Part shown: piece by piece, positions 1 to 12,674 of the stretch | How positions within the stretch are numbered: position 1 is the stretch's first letter | Layout: every line of letters starts with the position of its first letter | Assembly: GCA_951406725.2 (NCBI GenBank) | Contig: OX597814.1 | Span: 82,708,001-82,772,000, forward strand | Source of the DNA: Octopus vulgaris | Taxonomy: Eukaryota | DNA: 64,000 bases | Direction: 5' to 3' | The notes under the pieces: generated by a model | Database searches by the model: none | The model's input: the letters and a program-made list of their open reading frames with translations, nothing else | What the model was told of the DNA's origin: nothing | Position numbers and translations under genes: made by a program

Positions 1-349
1 GATTTATGCTTTACTGCTACGTATATTAGATTAATTATCCTTCTTGATACTTATATATGTTTAATTGCACATTTTTCTGATTGCATTCTATAAAATTGCT
101 TTCAGCAATGGCATGAGGTCTGTGATTTTTGAAGTAGAAAAGATGCAGTTGTGATATTTATGCTTTCCCTCAGAGATTTAGTGAGAGAAATAAATGAAGG
201 TAGTAGTTTGCAGATTTAGCTGGCAGGAAACATATCTGCTCTTAGCTGAATGTCAAGATTCTCTGCAGTATACATACATAGACACACACACAAGGAAAAG
301 AATATTTAAAAGAAATTTTAAAAATATCTATTAGATTAGGGCTACAAGA

Positions 350-850
350 TAACAGTTTACTTGAAGTGACTGCCCTCAACTTCTAACACAGCCTCAAGAC
401 AGCTTCAGAAACTGGTGTATGCATTTCTTACCGTATCCCTGGGAAGATCTTTGAACATCTCCTAGATCTTGACCACCAGCGCAGCCTTGGTCTTGCAAGC
501 AGAGCAGTTGGTGTCTTTCTTAATGGTACCCCATGCGTAGTAATCCATGGGATTACAATCAAGGGAATTAGAAAGTCAGAAATTGGGGCTAGTGAAGTTT
601 TAGAAAACCGCTGACAGTCACTTCTGATTCTTTAGTGAGGCATGACAAGGACCTGAATCCTATTGCCACACATGTGACCTTCCAGTAGCAACCCTCTCCA
701 ACAAGGATTTGATCATTGTCTCCAGTAGTTTCACATAGCTATCTGAATTGAGTCTAAGGCTCTGTTCAAAGATGTGGGGTACATGTTGACACCATCACTG
801 GAGACACACCCAATGACTATCACAGTTTGGGAGAAATTGGTTTCTATGAT
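350..850 (-). mobile_element. Decayed Tc1/mariner-superfamily transposase fragment (DD37D/maT-like)
   Basis: Minus-strand translation gives VIVIGCVSSDG...LRLNSDSYVKLLE...HVWQ*DSGPCH...DCNPMDYYAWG with stops and a frameshift. It is homologous to the copy at 62600-63410. Confidence 0.75.
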
Positions 851-2420
851 GTCCTTACAAAATCTTACTGCCTTTACAGTGTTCACAGAGCATTGAGCAG
901 CAATCATGATATCAGCATTTTAATACCTGGTGTAGATCATCACGACACAAGTAACTCTTTTCCAATATTCAGATGTCTTCCAGTCCTCCATGACAGCTGA
1001 CTTTTTCTCAACTACAACTTTACTCTTTATGCTCTCTGATGCCATTGACTATTCACCAATACATCAAGCTGTTCCTGAAAAGGAGACATAAAATATCAAA
1101 TTTAGCCTGACCACTATGTAATTATTCCTTTTTTTCGGTGCAGTAAATATTGAAGCACAGATAAAGCTACTATAAATAATACCATGTAAATATTGGGTTG
1201 AAAAACCTTTTTGCCCTTTTGGATAGAAAAAGCTAAAGGGATTATTTTGTGTTCTCTCAAAAGTTTATACAATACACTTGTTGTTGGTAATAATAAAGTT
1301 TCTAAAATGGATAGAGAAATTCAAAGGAATGGTCTAGTTCAATGTAAGAATGGCTGTCATGTCTACAGGAGATGTGGGTTCAAGTCCCAGAAGCAGCATT
1401 CGCTGTATACTATCTAAAGGGATTTTTCAGCCCAATATTAACATGCTTTTATTTGTAATAGCATTATGAGTACTTCAAGATCAGCTGTTCCAAAAGAGAA
1501 TTATTTGATGCTCTCTCAAATGTTTATGAATTCTTATGATATCTATAATATGTAATTATACAACTGTCTGTACATCTTGTACACCATAAATATATAACCA
1601 TCTGTATATCATTCATGCAGATATCTATACACTAGAGCTAATTATTTTTATTATTATACTAAACTAAACATTCATCAAAATGTTATTTAGCCAAGAAATA
1701 TTAATTCTCTGAACACTCCTCCTCACAGTATATATATATACATATGAGTACAAACATATTGCATTTATGTCTGTTTATCCATGTATCAGAAATTATTCAG
1801 ATAAGAAATTAAATATTTTAATATTATTTGATTTTGTATCTGAAGAATTTCTGATAGGAAATTCCTTACTTGTTTATCTAACATGTAAAACTCTGTAATT
1901 CAATTTAGCAAATGAAACATGTGTAATGCAGAATATATAATACCAATAAATTTTCCAACTTCCTGTTTCTTTATACAATAACTCTGCAAACAATATTTCC
2001 AGAATTTTCAATTCTAATATGCAGCTTGCATCTGTACAACAACAACAGCAATTACATATTAGATTGTAATAATGGAATGAGCAGATGAGCTTCAAAAGAG
2101 AACAGCTGAGATTTCACCCTACCTACCTACATAATATAGACACACATGCACGCACACACATGCATGCGTGAGCGTACACACACACATGCACACACATACA
2201 CACACACACAGACAAGTAGAAGGTAAACTTGTCTTGGCCTTAGACTAACCAATGCTTTGTGAGAAAATTTAGTACATAGAAACTGTAGAATACCTAATGT
2301 ATATATGCATGCATGGAATGTAATGCAACATATGTTAGATAAGCATGTATATGTATGAGTGTGTGTAAATGTTGATGTTCTACCTGTCATCAGGTGAGTA
2401 AATCAGTGATGATCTTTAAA

Positions 2421-3202
2421 GAGTGGTTCTCAATCGTTTTTTGCCCATGAACCCCTTTTATTCCTATTTTACTCTACTGGATCTACATAGCTATTTGAAG
2501 TTTTAAAAACATCCCATCATATTTTTTTAATTAAATATTATTAAGAATTGTATTTAAAAAAGGCATTGGAGTGGCTGTGTGGTAAGTAGCTTACTTACAA
2601 ACCACATGGTTCCAGGTTCAGTCCCACTGCATGGCACCTTGGGCAAGTGTCTTCTCGAGCCGACCAAAGCCATACGAGTGGATTTGGTAGGCGGAAACTG
2701 AAAGAAGCCTGTCGTATATATGTAGGCGCAGGAGTGGATGTGTGGTAAGTAGCTTGCTAACCAACCACATGGTTCTGGGTTCAGTCCCACTGCGTGGCAT
2801 CTTGGACAAGTGTCTTCTACTATAGCCTCGGGCCGACCAAAGCCTTGTGAGTGGATTTGGTAGATGGAAACTGAAATAAGTAAAGAGTAAAAGAGTATAT
2901 ATATATGTATGTATGTGTATGTCTGTGTTTGTCCCTCCAACATTACTTGACAACTGATGCTGGTGTGTTTACATCCCCCGTAACTTAGCGGTTTGACAAA
3001 AGAGACCGATAGAATAAGTGCTAGGCTTATGATGAATGAGTCCTGGGGTCGATTGACTAAAGGTGGTACTCCAGCATGGCCACAGTCAAATGACTGAAAC
3101 AAGTAAAAGAGTAAATATCTTGTGTAAAATTAGAAACATAACTGATTTATTGCATATAATTTTTAACAAAATATTATCTAGACCCTGGCTGAGAACCATG
3201 CT
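2421..3202. mobile_element. hAT-like non-autonomous element (MITE) split by a SINE insertion
   Basis: Ends gagtggttctcaatc ... ggctgagaaccatgct are imperfect inverted repeats. Halves 2421-2560 and 3115-3202 align contiguously with the uninterrupted copy at about 57490-57720. Confidence 0.6.
2567..3112 (+). mobile_element. tRNA-derived SINE family A (truncated head copy followed by a full copy)
   Basis: Head ggagtggctgtgtggtaag...ggttcagtccc (A/B-box-like), CORE-like accttgggcaagtg, internal TA/TG microsatellite, 3' tail gactgaaacaagtaaaagagta. More than 10 copies in the window. Confidence 0.85.
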
Positions 3203-3837
3203 CTATACTTTCAATGAACTTTGGAGTAAAATACTTATCAAATAAGGATTGAAGTCAGGAAGTACATTCAGCTTTTTGCAAGAAAACGGTCTCTGTCTGA
3301 CCCATGCTAGCATGGAAAAACAGATGTTAGATGAATGAATAAAACAAATTAATGGATATATATATACCATATTTCAAATGTCAGCAACCTAGAAATCTGG
3401 TTCCAAACATTGTACGTAGAGCATCTGGCATATCTCTTACCTGCAACATGAAAGAACATGAAATATAACCAACCATAAAACTCAACTACGGAAATAAACA
3501 AGATATGGAGACAAAAGTATTAAAAAATTGCTCCAGGTTTACTACATTCACATCACAGAAATATAGGTATAGGAGATTAGCAGAGAAATATAAGTGGGAA
3601 AAAGAAATACAAATCATATATGGGCTTCCATTGTCTCCACAACATAGAATCTAAATGGTGCGCTTCATTTAAAACTAAACTCCATGGAAACTCTGTCTGA
3701 AGACCACCAACACAATGTAAAAATAATTTAGTGTGTCTCTATGCATTATTTTATCTGTTAGAAACAGCAGCCAAATCTCCCTCAAATACTTTGTCATCAT
3801 TGTCATCATTAACATTTAGTGTCCATATTTCATGTTG

Positions 3838-4031
3838 GGGATCTGTTCAGTTTGGCTCAGATTTTTTAATTAACCTTTTTTAACTAAACAATTTGTATAC
3901 TGGTGGAATTCTCACCCAGAACATGGTTTACTTTGAAAATTTTTGACAAAATTTAGTATTTTAGAAGTTATTTTCTGTTTAGTTAAAAAAAAATTAATAA
4001 AAAAATCTGTGAGCCAAACTGAACAGATCTC
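3838..4031. mobile_element. Palindromic MITE, superfamily unassigned
   Basis: TIRs gggatctgttcagtttggctca / tgagccaaactgaacagatctc, extending imperfectly for about 50 bp. Flanked by atgttg / acgttg. Interrupts an RTE-tail-like repeat. Confidence 0.8.
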
Positions 4032-4407
4032 ACGTTGGCATGGGTTGGATAGTTTGAGCTCCTATGTTTGTTTTGGCATGGTTTCTATGGATGGATGCCT
4101 TTCCTGATACCAACCATAGAGTATTGAATGCCTTTTTCATGTTCCTGGCACTAGTGAAGTTAGCAAGCAGTTCACAAGACAAAATCCTTTGATTAAGTGG
4201 GGTCTAGTATTATTGACATGGGCTAAACTGCAACAACAAAAACACTAACCACAACAACAAAAGATATTCAAAATGAAAGCTCACCAGCACATGCAAGAGG
4301 CAGTTTGTTTCTGCAGTTCCAATTCTGCAAAAGTGTTCAAATACATGGAAACATCTACATTAGGCCAAATGACTATTAAATTACATCATTCTTATTTTTA
4401 ATTTTTT

Positions 4408-4776
4408 TTTTATTGGCCACAATGGGCTAAACATAGAGGGGACAAACAAGGACAGACAAAGCGATTAAGTCGATGATATCGACTCCAGTGTGTAACTGGT
4501 ACTTAATTTATCGACTCCGAAAGGATGGAAGGCTAAGTTGACCTCGGCAGAATTTGAACTCAGAAGATAACGGCAGACAAAATACCTATTTCTTTATTGC
4601 CCACAAGGGCCTAAACATAGAGGGGACAAACAAGTACAGACGAATGGATTAAGTTGATTACATCGATCCCAGTGTGTCATTGGTACTTAATTTATCGACC
4701 CCAAAAAGATGAAAGGTAAAGTCAACCTCGGCGGAATTTGAACTCAGAATACAGAGGCAGATGAAATACCGCTAAG
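4408..4776 (-). mobile_element. Two tandem copies of SINE family B
   Basis: Reverse complement of tctgagttcaaattccgccgaggtcgactttgcctttcatcctttcggggtcgataaattaagtaccag appears twice, with the shared tail gtttgtcccctctatgtttag. Confidence 0.8.
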
Positions 4777-4967
4777 ACTCTGAAATTTTTGACTAACACC
4801 AGTATAATAGTATAATACAGAATGCTGTGTGTGACTTTTACTTGAGAATATACCTTTAGAACATAAAAATGTAAAACAAAGCTATGTAGACCTATAGGGC
4901 AACTTATGACCAGATCAACTTACTACCAGTCAGTTGGAACCAATTGCGGTTATAAGTCAGCAACAAC

Positions 4968-4970
<3 letters not shown>

Positions 4971-5050
<80 letters not shown>

Positions 5051-5065
5051 CATATATATATATAT
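4971..5065. repeat. (TA)n microsatellite
   Basis: Direct reading of the sequence. Confidence 0.98.
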
Positions 5066-5309
5066 CCTTGTCATCGTCATTTTAAATCCACTTTTCCATA
5101 CTTACATTTGTTTGATGGAATTTGTGGAAACAGCATTTTTACAGCAATATACTGTTTCCGTTGCCAACCACCACTTGTTTCCAAACAAGTTAATATTTCC
5201 CCTTGGCTGGACATGTTTACATGGCAGACTAAAATGAATGACATTGCTTGTATGATGGTGACACTCATTTTATCATGCAAAGTCAAATTTGGAGGCATGT
5301 ACATACACA

Positions 5310-5810
5310 CGTGTGCCGTTGGTGATTTCTTTTCCTTCTCTGAACTTTTCCCTTTCTCCTTTCTGATGAAGAACTACGCTCAAAACATCAAACTCTCATT
5401 TTGTACAGAATACTGCCTGGATTTACCTGGGACTATACTCAAGGACCTATACTTTCATGAAAGTATGGACCAACCTCCATACCCTCTGTAAGAAGATGAG
5501 GTGCAAACTTTATTCTCCTGTCTGTATTCTTCTATCTACTGTTTTACTCTTTATTCTTCTATCTACTATTTTCTTCCTTTATAAATTGTGAATTCTCTGT
5601 CTAGAACTTTCCTACATACTCACCATGTCACTGATGATGGAATACCCAGTGTATGGAGATGCTAAACTATCACTCGGGATATCCCAGAAACAGCTGTAAG
5701 ACATCTAATAATTAATTAATTACCTCAAATTCACCTTTAATTAAATATTCTAAATAACTTGAGATACTCGTCCTGCCTTGGATTTTGTTACCTGTTTTCC
5801 TCTAATAATA
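5310..5810 (+). mobile_element. Non-coding PLE 3'/pseudo-LTR-like fragment carrying two hammerhead motifs
   Basis: ctgatgaagaactacgctcaaaac (5363-5386) and ctgatga...gaaacagctgta (5631-5698). Lies between microsatellites and has no ORF. PLE origin is inferred from the HHR style. Confidence 0.55.
5625..5704 (+). ncRNA. Type I hammerhead ribozyme (near intact)
   Basis: Stem I atgtc/gacat with one core-proximal A-A mismatch. CTGATGA at 5631-5637, long imperfect stem II (tggaatacccagtg/cactcgggatatccca), GAAA, palindromic stem III CAGCTG, cleavage triplet GTA at 5696-5698. Confidence 0.75.
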
Positions 5811-5844
5811 TGTATATACAGATAGATAGATATGTATATATGTT

Positions 5845-6062
5845 TTTCTTTACTACCCACAAGGGCCTAAACACAGAGGGGACAAACAAGGAGAGACAAA
5901 CGGATTAAGTCGATTATATCGACCCCAGTGCGTAACTGGTACTTATTTAATCGACCCCGAAAGGATGAAAGGCAAAGTCGACCTCAGCGGAATTTGAACT
6001 CAGACGAAATACGACTACACATTTCGCCCAGTGTGCTAACGTTTCTGCCAGTTCGCCGCATT
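5845..6062 (-). mobile_element. SINE family B copy (well preserved)
   Basis: Same core as 4408-4776. CpGs are retained. Confidence 0.85.
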
Positions 6063-6111
6063 AGATATGTATATATGTGTACACACACACACGCACGCAC
6101 ACACACACACG

Positions 6112-6156
<45 letters not shown>

Positions 6157-6306
6157 CACACACACACACACACACATATCATCATCATCATCACCGTCAT
6201 CATCATCATTGTTTGATGTCCATAGATATGTATATATATAGACATATGTAGATACATATATAGCTATGGTTATATATATATATAAATATATATACATATG
6301 TATATA

Positions 6307-6520
6307 TGAGGGGGTGTTGAAAAGTTCTTGGCTTTAAGGGTATCATGAAAAGCCTGGTTAAAGGCCCAACCTTCCAGGTTCTTTTACTGAGCTTAGAAAA
6401 ACTGAAGGACCACTGCAGTAAGTGTGTGAATCTGAGAGGGGAATATGTTGAATAAAATTATTAACTGATTCTACTGTATTTTCTTTTACCCAAAGCCAGG
6501 AAATTTTCAGGACCCTGTCA
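6307..6520 (+). mobile_element. Mariner-derived MITE
   Basis: TIRs tgagggggtgttgaaaagttcttggcttt / aaagccaggaaattttcaggaccctgtca set in TA tracts. Internal remnant encodes a mariner C-terminus, KLKDHCSKCVNLRGEYVE*. Confidence 0.75.
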
Positions 6521-6529
6521 TATATATAT

Positions 6530-7890
6530 ATATTGACAATATTAAAAATAAGGATTACTCTGAAGTAGCAATAGCATTGCCTTTAATTCTATAATTATAT
6601 ACACCCTTTTAAGACTAACACATGTTTCAATTGCACTGGTTAATTATCGTTGCAATTGCAACCCTACTATAAAATGGTGCAGTCTCTTCAGGGATCCCTC
6701 TTTATGACTGTTTAATGATTTTCTTTTATAAACTCTGCATTGTATAAGTGACAGCTGTCTGATAAGTGAGACATGGACAATCTCTATTTCAAGTTCTTAT
6801 TGGATAAACGTTTTCAGTCCAGCATTTTAAAACCTTGTATAGTTTAAATGATAATTATTCATTTATTCTTTAAAAATGCAAATTTCCTCATGTGCAAGCA
6901 TCTCAATGCTTGCTCCCATCTAGAATTTATTACATTACCGTTGGATGTGAGAATCCTGTAAAATTCTTCTAAACATAGGTCACATTTATTGGTTCCTAAA
7001 CACAGGTCACATTTGTATAGTTTTGTAGTACAAATTAACTCCCATTTATTCATTTAATCCTTGTTATTGTCCTTTAAAGACCAGATTAATTTGCTAAGAC
7101 TCATTTGGAACCTTTATTTTTGTCTTTAAATGAACTCAAATGATTTGCCAGTCTCCTCTTGAAAACTAATGATGTCCTACCGATGTAAAAGAATTCCTTA
7201 CCCTTAGATGTAACTACATCTATATAATATATTGTTAGTTTTACACTTACTTTCCACTTAATAGGATTCCCATTTGGAACAATTGCAAAGATAACCTTTT
7301 ATAATTCCCCCAGATTTAGATTCAATTTGATCATTCATTATAGAATTAAATTCATTTTCACCAAGTTCCTTATTACTATTTACTCCTTTAGATTATGTTA
7401 TTTTTGTCCTTTTTCTAGCTGAAATTTTATTCGATTTGATATTATTATTTATGTTAAATTGAGTTATTTCCTTTCCCTCAGTTAATTTCTTAGTGTTCCC
7501 CACTATTTGAGTTTTTTTATTGCATTTGATATTATTATGCTTCAAATTTATTATGCTATTCTGATTGTAATGGCTTTTTTGAAATTTCAATATCATTTTA
7601 ACATTATGTGCTGCTATAATTTGTGCAATATTATGGCTTAGACAATAATCCAATCTAATCTTATGTTAATTAAAAGTTTTGTAATATTTGTGGTTTCTTG
7701 GAAAATATTTTTGAATTGCTATATTAAACAACTTGGTAAAATTGTAATTGACCTGTTTACCAAATAGAATGATTAACCATAAATTATTCTTCAAGTTTAG
7801 ATCATAATTTTGATGCTTGTATCTATTTTTTGAAGGAGTAAGTATTCTCTGATTTCAATCCATTTTAAAGTTAGCGTTTATTTTACATTT
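6530..7890 (-). mobile_element. Decayed Penelope-like element, 3' part with GIY-YIG endonuclease (Naiad-like motifs)
   Basis: Minus strand: YFPRNHKYYKTFN*HKIRLDYCLSHNIAQIIAAHN, CNC...KCKTNNII, FFYIGRTSLVFKRRLANHLSSFK, KCDLCLEE...NSRWE..LRCLH. Downstream HHR-like motif. Clade assignment is from remembered motifs. Confidence 0.75.
6613..6697 (-). ncRNA. Decayed hammerhead ribozyme in the PLE 3' region
   Basis: Minus strand CTGAAGA-gactgcac...gtgcaatt-GAAAC-atgt-GTT. Stem I pairs poorly. Confidence 0.55.
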
Positions 7891-8669
7891 ATTTTTATAG
7901 ATAGATATGTGTGTGTATAAACACACACAAGTAGATACCTATATAGATATATGTATACATATCTGTGTGTGTATATATATGTGTGTGTGTGTATATATGT
8001 ATGTGTATTAATATATGTGTGTGCGTGTGCGTGTGCGTGTGTGTGTGTGATCACTCAACTCAGTTGGACTCCTAATTATATTTCTATCTCCAAATAAAAT
8101 CGATGCCACATCCCAGTCCCATCTATACATTAATTTATAGGATATTAAAGATCCTTCCATAATAATAAGGATCACTATTCAGTTGCATGTAGCTCGAGGT
8201 GTCTTGGTAGATCAAGCATCAACAAGATTTTTAAGGAAACACACCCTGAGTTCCATTTTCCTTCTGAAGGATTGCAGGTGAATTTGATTCCAATACTATA
8301 TGTTAATGGAACACTTGATGTTTATAAATTGTTTTTAGTGCTCACAATTGTAGGCTGTACCTATGCTATTATCTATTTACCTATTTATGAGGCAACGTGG
8401 TTGCTTGATATGCTAGAAATAGCAACCAGCTCTATTTCAGACCATACACTACTATCTTATAAAAAAAGACACATTGGATAATGTAATTGTTAATATAGAA
8501 AAACATGGGATGGTCTTTGATGTCTTTGATCATATCATTGCTTGATTTGAGCCAAGTTGTGGGGGCTAAACAACTACTATCCTTTTATGAAGCATTAATG
8601 CAGTAACTATGCATAAACACTGAACCACAGATAAGGTACAGCAGCTTTACTGTCTAATTAGTATAACTA

Positions 8670-8855
8670 GCACTCCATCAGTTATGACGATTAAGGTTCC
8701 AGTTGATCCAATCAATGGAACAGCCTGCTCATGAAATTAACATGCATGTGGCTGAGCACTCCACAGACACAGATCTTTAATGATGTTCTCAGGAAGATTC
8801 AGCATGACACAGAATATAACAAGGCTGGCCCTTTGAAATACAGATACCACTCAAG
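8670..8855 (-). mobile_element. 3' portion of SINE family C
   Basis: Reverse complement of 32755-32925 (gtatttcaaaggg...ttaatttcatgagcaggctgttcc). Confidence 0.7.
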
Positions 8856-9670
8856 TTCACTTGAGTGGTAACAATTCAAAGTGAATTACTCCTTTGCAAT
8901 CCCACCAGATAGAGAGAAGAACCTTTTTTCCATGAAGTTCCCGTCTCGGTTGTGGTTGAGCTTTTTCCCCTTTACCAAACCACTGTTTACAACGTTTAAC
9001 ATTTTGCTAGAAGATCCATTTTTCATCATCAGTCACAAGTCTATCCAAAAAAGGTGAAATGAGTTCGCGAGAATGGAGAGAAGAGCAATGTCATCTTGGG
9101 ATTTGCGGTTGCTTTCGGACAATTCATGAGGCACTCATTTTCCAAGTTTAGGAACCTTTCCAAGTTGTTGAAGATGACAATGAACAGTTGTTTGGTTTGA
9201 ACTAAGCTTTATTGCCAATTCTTCAACTGATAATGCAGGATTTTCTTTAAGTAATGCCTCAAGGAGCTTATCATCAAACCCAACTGGACGTCCTGTTTGA
9301 TCTTCATCTTCAAGGCTGAAATCTTCACTTCTGAATTTTGCAAACCATCTTCTGCAAGTTCTTTCATTCTAGCATTCTTTCCCATAAACTGAGTGTATGT
9401 TTTGAGTCACTTCGGCTGCAGAGTTTCCTTTTTTGTACTCATAAAGCATTATGTGCCTTAAATGCTCTTTGGATACCTCCATGTTAGAAAGGGTTTAAAT
9501 GAAAGAAATTTTAATTCTATTATTCAGTAAAATACTATTTAATTAGTTTAAATGTACACAAATGCATAAAAATAATTTTTAATTCCATTAGACATTCTAA
9601 AATACTATTAAATTTTATTCAATTTTAAAAAAAGATAAAATCGGACAGAACTTATGGGATGATTTGATAT
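8856..9670 (-). mobile_element. Mariner transposon, 5' part (pseudogenised transposase)
   Basis: ATG at 9482: MEVSKEHLRHIMLYEYKKGNSAAE...RRWFAKFRSEDFSLED...VPHEL...VTDDEKWIF...LSIWWDCKGVIHFELL, with stops. TIR-like end at 9641-9670. Confidence 0.85.
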
Positions 9671-10044
9671 TAACTCCTTCTTCTAGCTCTTTACATTCTG
9701 AGTTTAAATCCTCGTGTGGCCTACTTAGGTGAGACACTTAATCTGGTGCTCGGTTTAACACCAATATCTGGTCTGTGGGGGGGACTTTAGCGGAGTTCAC
9801 TCTGTTGTAAATATTCAGACTAAGTGTTTGATTTGAGGATATTTCCCTGCCTCCCTTGTTCCCACTAGTCTTAGAGTTTGTGTAAAGGACCATGAGCACT
9901 GTCCTGCCCTTGTGACTAAGCACTAAAAAAAAAGCAAAAACAAAAAACAAAAACAAAGCAAATTCTCTACTTTAGTCTATTAATGTACATTAACTTTATA
10001 AACATAACAGATTGTAAAAACCATGTTTATTTCACTCGTTTCAG

Positions 10045-10391
10045 CACAAATCTAACCAAGATGCATGTCAAACAGTCAAGTGAATCTAGTGAAGGGAAAG
10101 CTGCTGTTAATGAAACACTTTGCGAGAATATTAAAGTTCCTTTATTAAAAGAAATAAACAAGACAGAAAACGATGCACCTGACAAGAAAAAAGGTCTGGA
10201 TAATCCAATTTTTGTAATTGAAGTTTTCAATGGTAATAATGATCAGGAGAATAATGGCGGAGTAACAGATAAAGAGACTATCAACAGTGTTGGCATTCAT
10301 CATCGTAAAAATGATGCTAATGCTATTAATATAAGATGTGCTTCTGCTGCTGCCAGATGGAATAGTCTAGAAGAGCCACATCACTTTCTAA
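10045..10391 (+). CDS. Candidate host-gene coding exon; possibly the linker preceding NBD1 of an ABCC/MRP transporter (weak)
   Basis: Non-repetitive open frame of about 115 codons (ORF 9983-10399) with protein-like composition. Acceptor ttcactcgtttcag ends at 10044 and donor AA|GTAAGT starts at 10392. The end INIRCASAAARWNSLEEPHHFL loosely resembles the 'A.W....L.NI' segment before the ABCC Walker A. No partner exon was found. Confidence 0.55.
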
Positions 10392-10799
10392 GTAAGTAAT
10401 TGTTATTTATTTTATTAGGAAGATATTTTTAACAATTTCCTTTTAAACTTTTTCTATTTCTCATTATTTTATAAATATATTGTTGCCTTTTTGTCATTTA
10501 AATTGCAATTTCAAAAGAATTACTAAGTGTTTGTGCTCAAGTGTTATCAAGTTTAATTCAGTATTTTGTCTTTTGCTTTGTATACATACTTTTTTTTTAC
10601 CTGTTTTCCTATAAGATTTCAGATTGAATCTGTATATTTTGTAAAAAGGTACATCATTAGAAAGGCTATTCCAGAGGCAAAGTAGATGCATGACTGACGT
10701 TTTAAGTTACAAACTCTATATCATGAATTTATATTTTACTGAAAACACTTTCTTGCCTCTCTGGATACTTATTTAAGGACTTAATGCTGCACTGATAAC

Positions 10800-11100
10800 A
10801 GGATAAGAAACCAGCCAGGCTGTCTGGTGCCATGTTGGCTCCATTGGCCACAGTATTTGCTTCATTTCCCTCATGCTCTTGCCATTCTCCTTCACATTGC
10901 TCCAAACATTTTTCTTAAATCATCTCCCCACCTGATTGGAGGTCTTTTGAGTGGTCTCTTCCACTCACACAGGTGCCACTCAACAACAGCATAGGTCTAC
11001 CAATCGTCTGTGAACCTTGCAACATGACTGGCCCATTGTAGCTTTGCATGGTGGTATTCTGCAACAATGTCCTTCACTCTAGCATCCTTTCCATAGCTCT
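10800..11100 (-). mobile_element. RTE-clade LINE 3' remnant
   Basis: Minus translation KLQWASHVARFTD...VEW...KRPLKRPPIRW, matching the RTE C-terminal W.GHV.R...KR..GRP..RW motif. Confidence 0.65.
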
Positions 11101-11472
11101 CTGCATCAAGGCCCAAGTCTCACATGGTGATTTGTCTTGGTTCGCTGAGATGGGATGAAAATTTTTTTTAATCATTTTTGATTCCTTTTATATCATAGTC
11201 ATATAAATGCTTTCCCCACCTGAACAAATACATTTATTATATATCTGTAATGAAATAGTTTTTAAAAACGAAATTACTGATTCTAATTTAAATATCAATA
11301 TGAATTAGTTTAACATTACTCCTTTCTTTTCCTCTAATACTAACGACTGTTTAGTTCTTCCAAATCCATCCTATTGCCAATTCATTTTTCTTCTCCCATC
11401 AAGACATATTTAAATAATGGCTTAAATATTTACTCCCACCATTTCTAAATTACTCAAATCAAGTATTCCATA

Positions 11473-12674
11473 TATTGGTTTATCCCATAAATAATACGTT
11501 TTTTTTATACTTCTTTTATTTTTCAAAATTAAGATAAACAAAGTTCTTTTTTAATCTAAAATATACTTTCCTTCATTCTATACAATGTTCTTCCATATAT
11601 CTGGTAGATTTGCAAGGTCCCTCTTCCAAAATTCACTCATCTGTGATGAAAAATAATCCTCCAGTACTGTTCTGACCTCGTCTACAGAATTCATATTTTT
11701 TCTGTCCAAATGATTTTGAAGACTGCAGAATAAATGATAATCAGATGGGGCAATGTCTAGTGAATATGGTGGGTGGGACATTGTTTCCTATTCAAATTGA
11801 TCTAGCCTTTGGAATGTCATCCCTGTTGTATGTAGCCAAGCATTATCCTGATGGAAAAGCATTTTTTGTCTTGAAACCAAAGATGGTCGTTTATCTTCTA
11901 ACACTGACTTAAGCTGCTCAGTAGATCTCCTTTGTTATCGTTTGGTTTGGGTTTAAAAGTTCAAAGTGGACTAAACCTTTCATATCCCTCCAAGGAGGGA
12001 TATGAGGCCTGCTATAGCCTGGGGTATCAGTGTTTCTCCTTTCTCTACCCACTCTTTTTGGCACTTGATATTTTTATAGAGAACCCATTTCTTGTCATCA
12101 GTCATTATTTGGTCAAAAGAAGGTTCATTTGTGACGTGACAGCAAAGAAGAGCACACATTCACTCTCAGTGTGTGATTAGACTCGGAAAGTTTGTGAGGA
12201 AGTCATTGACTCAGTTTGCTGACTTTTCCGATGGCACACAGCTGTCAATGAATGGTTGAATGACCAAATCCCAGCTTCAACAGTTACAATGGAATTTTGT
12301 TCCACAAGTGTTTGCAGGACGTCTTCATCAAGTTCTACAGATCTTCCAAAGTGAGGCAGGTCTTCTAGGCTGTAGTTTCTGACTCAGAATTTCTGGAAGC
12401 ATCGTTGACACTGGCTTATGCTTATTGTCTGATCCCTATATGCTGCATTAATATTCCTCACACTTTCCATTGTGTTATTGCCTTTATTGAACTCATAAAG
12501 CAAAATAACTGTTAAAACTGAACTGCACTCTTAAAAATTTGTACTAAGAATAACTACAAGGTAAAATTACTACCTGCTTTTATAGCAGTTGATGCAGGTA
12601 GTTTATCCCATCCCTCTTCGACTTTTAATTCATGCAATTGAAAAAAACCACATCATTTATGGGATGACCCAATA
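11473..12674 (-). mobile_element. Near full-length decayed mariner element (DD34D-type)
   Basis: TIRs tattggtttatcccataaataat / catttatgggatgacccaata. Motifs TDDKKWVLY, FHQDNA, HPPYSLDIAPSDYHLF. Many stops and frameshifts. Confidence 0.9.

Noticed and set aside
2554-3102. 182-aa ORF and similar ORFs at 24270, 25754-26219 and 30808-31217
   Set aside because: Read-through of SINE family A. The same pseudo-peptide (CPRCHAVGLNPEPC) recurs wherever the SINE occurs.
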